The notes beneath the pieces were generated by a model. The model made no database searches and was not told the DNA's origin. It worked only from the letters and a program-made list of their open reading frames with translations. From positions 6,656,001 to 6,720,000 of the forward strand of contig CAVTTN010000002.1 in NCBI GenBank assembly GCA_963737655.1: a stretch of 64,000 bases of DNA. Reading direction: 5' to 3'. This DNA comes from an uncultured Planctomycetota bacterium. Lineage in GTDB: Bacteria; Planctomycetota; Planctomycetia; Isosphaerales; Isosphaeraceae. The position numbers and the translations under genes are program-made. Below, piece by piece: positions 60,287 through 64,000 of the stretch (the first letter of the stretch is position 1; the number at the start of each line of letters is the position of its first letter).

Positions 60287-63200
60287 TTATCGACCCTTCC
60301 TTTTCCCTCGGGCGCGGGCGGCATCGAGGTGCCCCGGGGCGGGCCGGGCGGGCCCGTGGATCGCCGGGCGGAGCCTCACGAGCGTCTTCCTCGTGATCGC
60401 AGTGGAGAAATCGGTCCCGGGCGCCCCGGAGCCGGCCAGGGGGAGGCCCGAGGGGCCGGCGATCCCCCCGGGCGGCGTGCCGACGACCGTCAGCCGATAG
60501 GCCCTGTGGACGTCCAGGAGCCGCCTCGGCGTCAGCAGGACGGTCCTCCCGTCCGAGGCGAGCTTGACCGAGGCCAGGCCGATCGGCCGGCCGCCCGGAT
60601 CGGTGATCCGGTAGTTCGCCGGGTCGGTGGCGCGGGCCGGGTCGACCGCCTCGCTGAAGGTGACGACCAGCGTCGTCGGCTCGGCATGGAAGCCGTAGCG
60701 CGCCACGCCCGACACCGTCGGCGCCTCGGGGGCCGGGGACCCAATGGCCGGGGGCGTCGAGGGGGCCGCGACGAGCAGGACGACCGGGGCCGAGGCGGCG
60801 GCCCTCAGCGACGCGTCCCCTCCGAAGATGGCGCTCAGGGTGTGAGACCCCGGGGACAGGGTCGAGACGACGACCGCGGCCCGGCCGCCGGGGCCCAGCG
60901 GGGCCGTAGCGATCGGCGCCAGGCCGTCGTAGAACGTGACCGTCCCCGACGGCCCCACCGGACCGGAGACCGAGGCCGACAGCGTGACTGGCGCCCCCGC
61001 CTCCGCCGGGTCGGGCGAGGCGGAGAACGCCGTCGAGGCCGCCGCCCGGCCCACGTCCACCGAGGCCGAGGAGGCGCTCGGCGTCGAGGTCGAGTCGCCC
61101 CCGTAGGCGGCCGTGATCGTGTGAGGGCCGGCCGGGAGCGAGGGGTCGGTGAGCGAGGCGGTCGCCGACGATCCGCCGGGCGCCTCAACGAGCGGCACCG
61201 TCGCCACGGCCGAGCCGTCGACGGAGAACGTCACCGCGCCGCCCGGGGACGCCGGCCCCGTCACCGAGGCCGTGATCGTGACGGGCTGGCCGACGGTCGG
61301 CGCCTCGGGGGAGGCGGCCAGGGTCGTCGTCGTGGCCGCCCGGGCGACCTCCTGGGCGATCGCCGCCGAGGTGCTGGGGGCGAGGTCGGCGTCTCCTCCG
61401 TACGAGGCGGAGATCTGATGGCCGCCGACGCCCAGCCCCGAGAGGACGAACGAGGCCGACGCCGAGAGCCCGTCGGCCGAGGCCACGACCGGCACGGCCG
61501 CAACCTCCTGGCCATCGACCGAGAAGGCCACGGAGCCGCTCGGCCCGCCCCGCGGCGAGTTCCCCGAGACCGTCGCGGTGAGCGTGACGGCCTGCCCCAG
61601 GGACGAGGGATTCGGGGAGGCGGCCAGGGAGGTCGTCGTCGGCGCGGCGGTGACGGTCGTGGACGCGGTGGCCGAGTCGTCGGTCGGGTCGGGGTCGGCC
61701 ACCGGAGAGGCCGCCGAGAGCGTGTCGACGACCGCCCCGAGCGCCGTGGCCGTGCCCGAGACGGTCACGGTGAACGACGCCCCGGCCGGGAGGTCCGGGA
61801 CCAGGACGGTCAGCCTGCCGCCGACGATCGAGAGATCCCCCATCGAGGCCGCGGCGGAGGCATCGGCCAGCGAGGGGGGGAGGTCGTCGGTCGCGACGAC
61901 GCCCGAGGCGGGGTCGGGGCCCCGATTGGTGATCGTGAACACGTCGGAGATCGTCCCCCCGATCGCGACCGTCCCGGAGGGGGGAGCCGCCGAGGCCGAG
62001 AGGTCGGCGACGAGGAGGGTCCCCTTCTGGACGTCCCGGGCGAACTCGGAGGTGTTGCCGTCGGGGTCGGTGGCGGTGGCGGTGAAGAACCGGCCGCGGA
62101 GGTCGCCCGGGGCGACGAACGAGAAGCTCGCGTCACCGTCCGGGTCGGTCATCACCGAGATCTGGCCCAGGTAGGTCCGGCCCTGGCCGAAGCCCGAGGG
62201 GTCGGGCAAGGGATCGGCGAAGAACTGGACGAGGAACGCGGCGCTGGCGGCGCTGTTCAGGGTGCCGAAGATTGTGGACGAATCGGCCGAGGTCGCGGCC
62301 CCGATCAGGACGGGATAATTCTGGAGGTCGTTGGCCCCCTGGTGGGGCCCTCCCGGGGTGTTCGGGGTCACGCCGTCGCCCCCGAGGTCGATGCCGAGCT
62401 TCGCGTTGTCGTGGATCGAATTCGAGAGGATCGAGTTATCGTCCTGGGGCCCCGGCTCGACGAGGACTCCGGCCCCCCCGTTGTAGGCGATCACGTTGGC
62501 AGAATCGCGAGAGCCGCCGATCTGGTTGCCGGGGCCGCGATAGGTGGAGGTGGAATCCTCGCCCTGGATCAGGATGCCGTCGACGGCGTTGCCGAAGGCC
62601 CGGGCCCCGGAAGAATCGGTTCCGAGGAAATTGCCCTGGACGAGCGTGGGCCGGTACTGACTGGGGTCGCCCAGGACGAGCCCGTTTCGTCCGTTGCCCG
62701 AGATCACGTTGCCGGAACCGGCGACCGTCCCCCCGATCGTGTCCTCGTTCCCGGCCTCGTCGTAGCCCCCGACCGCGTCGAGCCCGTCATCGGCGTTGCC
62801 CAGCGCCGCGGTCTGGTCGCGGTTCAGGCCGATGATATTCCCCTCGATGAGATTCGCGCCGGTTTCATGGAAGAGGAGGCCATCGGCCAGGTTGCCCGAG
62901 ATGATATTGCCGGCGCCGACGACGGTCCCGCCGATCGTATTCGTCGAGGAGAAGAAATCCTGGATGCCGCTCCCCCCGTTGCCCAGGGCGATCATCCCGG
63001 AGACGTCGGTGCCGATCTCGTTGCCCTGGATGACGTCGTCGGTGGCCCCCTCGGCGTCCATCGAGATCCCGTCCATGAGGTTCGCCGAGATCACGTTCCC
63101 CTGGCCGGGGGCTGTCCCGCCGATCAGGTCGAAGGCCCCTTCGAGACGGAGCCCGTCGCCCCCGTTGCCCAGGGGCTTCGTGCCGCCGATGTCCGTGCCG

Positions 63201-64000
63201 ATCCTGTTGCCCTGGATGATGTTCTTGTTCGCGTACAGGGTGATGCCGGTCCCGCCGGACTTGCCCTCGGAGATCACGTTGTCGAGGATGACCATCCCGC
63301 CCTGGGCCACGACGCCGCTGCCGGTGTCCCCGTCCAGGACCTTCGTGCCGGTGGGGTCGGTGCCGAACAGGTTGCCCTGGATCAGGCCGGCCGCGTCGGT
63401 CATCACGGCCGCGTTGAAGGCCCCGCTGATCAGGTTCCCCGACCCGGCCGCCGGACCTCCGATGGAGGCGTCCGGGGAGGCCGTGAGGCGGATGGCCATG
63501 TTCGACTGCCCGAGGCGGGCCGTCCCCGAGCGATCCGTCCCGTAGTAGCTCCCGAGGAACTGGGCGCCGGGGGAGTTCGAGCCCATCACCTCCTCGCCGA
63601 CGTCTGCATAAAGCCCGTTGTCGGACAACAAGTCGCGGTCCCCGGGGCCGGTCCCCCCGATGGTGACCCCGCTCACCCCGTCGAGGAAGACCCCGGCGGA
63701 GGTGTTGCCGTCGGCGGTGGTGCCGTCGGGATCGACCCCGAGGAAATCCCCAGCGACCTCGTCGTCGGCCGCCCCTTCGAGGTGGATCCCGTCGCGGAAG
63801 CCGGTGATCGAGAGCCCTCGGATCAGGCTGTCCCCCCCGGCGACTGCCAGGCCGTCGACCGTGCCCCCGAGGGAGGCCCCGCTCAGGTGGACCCGAAGGA
63901 CCGCGTCATCGCCGGTCGCCAGGTCGTTCGGCGAGGCGGAGGATTCCGTGTCGCCGTCGAGGACGACCGGCCAGGCGATGGCGGGCAGGGGCGAGGTCGG
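60287..64000 (-). CDS. Large surface protein/adhesin: beta-helix repeats, DUF11, three Ig-like (Big_3) domains (5' partial)
   Basis: IGGT...GNVISGN repeats, ATATDPDGNTSEF, TITNRGPDPA, TTTSL.SPNP..GQ.VT repeats; frame is open to the window end (PTSPLPAIAWPVVLDG...). Confidence 0.9.
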   Translation of the reverse strand, partial: PTSPLPAIAWPVVLDGDTESSASPNDLATGDDAVLRVHLSGASLGGTVDGLAVAGGDSLIRGLSITGFRDGIHLEGAADDEVAGDFLGVDPDGTTADGNTSAGVFLDGVSGVTIGGTGPGDRDLLSDNGLYADVGEEVMGSNSPGAQFLGSYYGTDRSGTARLGQSNMAIRLTASPDASIGGPAAGSGNLISGAFNAAVMTDAAGLIQGNLFGTDPTGTKVLDGDTGSGVVAQGGMVILDNVISEGKSGGTGITLYANKNIIQGNRIGTDIGGTKPLGNGGDGLRLEGAFDLIGGTAPGQGNVISANLMDGISMDAEGATDDVIQGNEIGTDVSGMIALGNGGSGIQDFFSSTNTIGGTVVGAGNIISGNLADGLLFHETGANLIEGNIIGLNRDQTAALGNADDGLDAVGGYDEAGNEDTIGGTVAGSGNVISGNGRNGLVLGDPSQYRPTLVQGNFLGTDSSGARAFGNAVDGILIQGEDSTSTYRGPGNQIGGSRDSANVIAYNGGAGVLVEPGPQDDNSILSNSIHDNAKLGIDLGGDGVTPNTPGGPHQGANDLQNYPVLIGAATSADSSTIFGTLNSAASAAFLVQFFADPLPDPSGFGQGRTYLGQISVMTDPDGDASFSFVAPGDLRGRFFTATATDPDGNTSEFARDVQKGTLLVADLSASAAPPSGTVAIGGTISDVFTITNRGPDPASGVVATDDLPPSLADASAAASMGDLSIVGGRLTVLVPDLPAGASFTVTVSGTATALGAVVDTLSAASPVADPDPTDDSATASTTVTAAPTTTSLAASPNPSSLGQAVTLTATVSGNSPRGGPSGSVAFSVDGQEVAAVPVVASADGLSASASFVLSGLGVGGHQISASYGGDADLAPSTSAAIAQEVARAATTTTLAASPEAPTVGQPVTITASVTGPASPGGAVTFSVDGSAVATVPLVEAPGGSSATASLTDPSLPAGPHTITAAYGGDSTSTPSASSASVDVGRAAASTAFSASPDPAEAGAPVTLSASVSGPVGPSGTVTFYDGLAPIATAPLGPGGRAAVVVSTLSPGSHTLSAIFGGDASLRAAASAPVVLLVAAPSTPPAIGSPAPEAPTVSGVARYGFHAEPTTLVVTFSEAVDPARATDPANYRITDPGGRPIGLASVKLASDGRTVLLTPRRLLDVHRAYRLTVVGTPPGGIAGPSGLPLAGSGAPGTDFSTAITRKTLVRLRPAIHGPARPAPGHLDAARARGKRKGR

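Overview
GC-rich bacterial DNA, almost certainly a planctomycete (Isosphaeraceae-like; inferred from DUF1552/DUF1592, DUF4058, LEPR-XLL-type N-termini and planctomycete ECF sigma/Ser-Thr kinase pairs). 1-10 kb: 3' end of rpsG, then housekeeping and hypothetical genes. 10-28.3 kb: the S10-spc-alpha ribosomal protein superoperon on the minus strand, interrupted by an FkbM-type methyltransferase (between rplP and rpmC), a PemK/MazF toxin-antitoxin pair (between rplO and secY) and several intergenic hairpins built from tandem heptamers. 28.4-34.5 kb: DUF4058, a kinase-TPR gene, a REP-associated tyrosine transposase with six REPs, and fusA. 34.7-46.7 kb: ECF sigma factor, phage-like beta-helix protein, asnB, transglutaminase, DUF1592/DUF1552 pair and a phosphodiesterase. 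46.9-64 kb: a candidate sigma54-driven ~110-nt structured small RNA, then a decayed integrative island (truncated integrase, IS630, IS4/IS5/IS256 remnants, a three-gene phage-like module, ECF plus kinase, secreted beta-propeller and adhesin). About nine single-base frameshifts, one of them in essential rpoA, suggest long-read indel errors. The best novelty candidates are the sigma54 sRNA at the island border, the heptamer-hairpin family and the genes embedded in the ribosomal operon.
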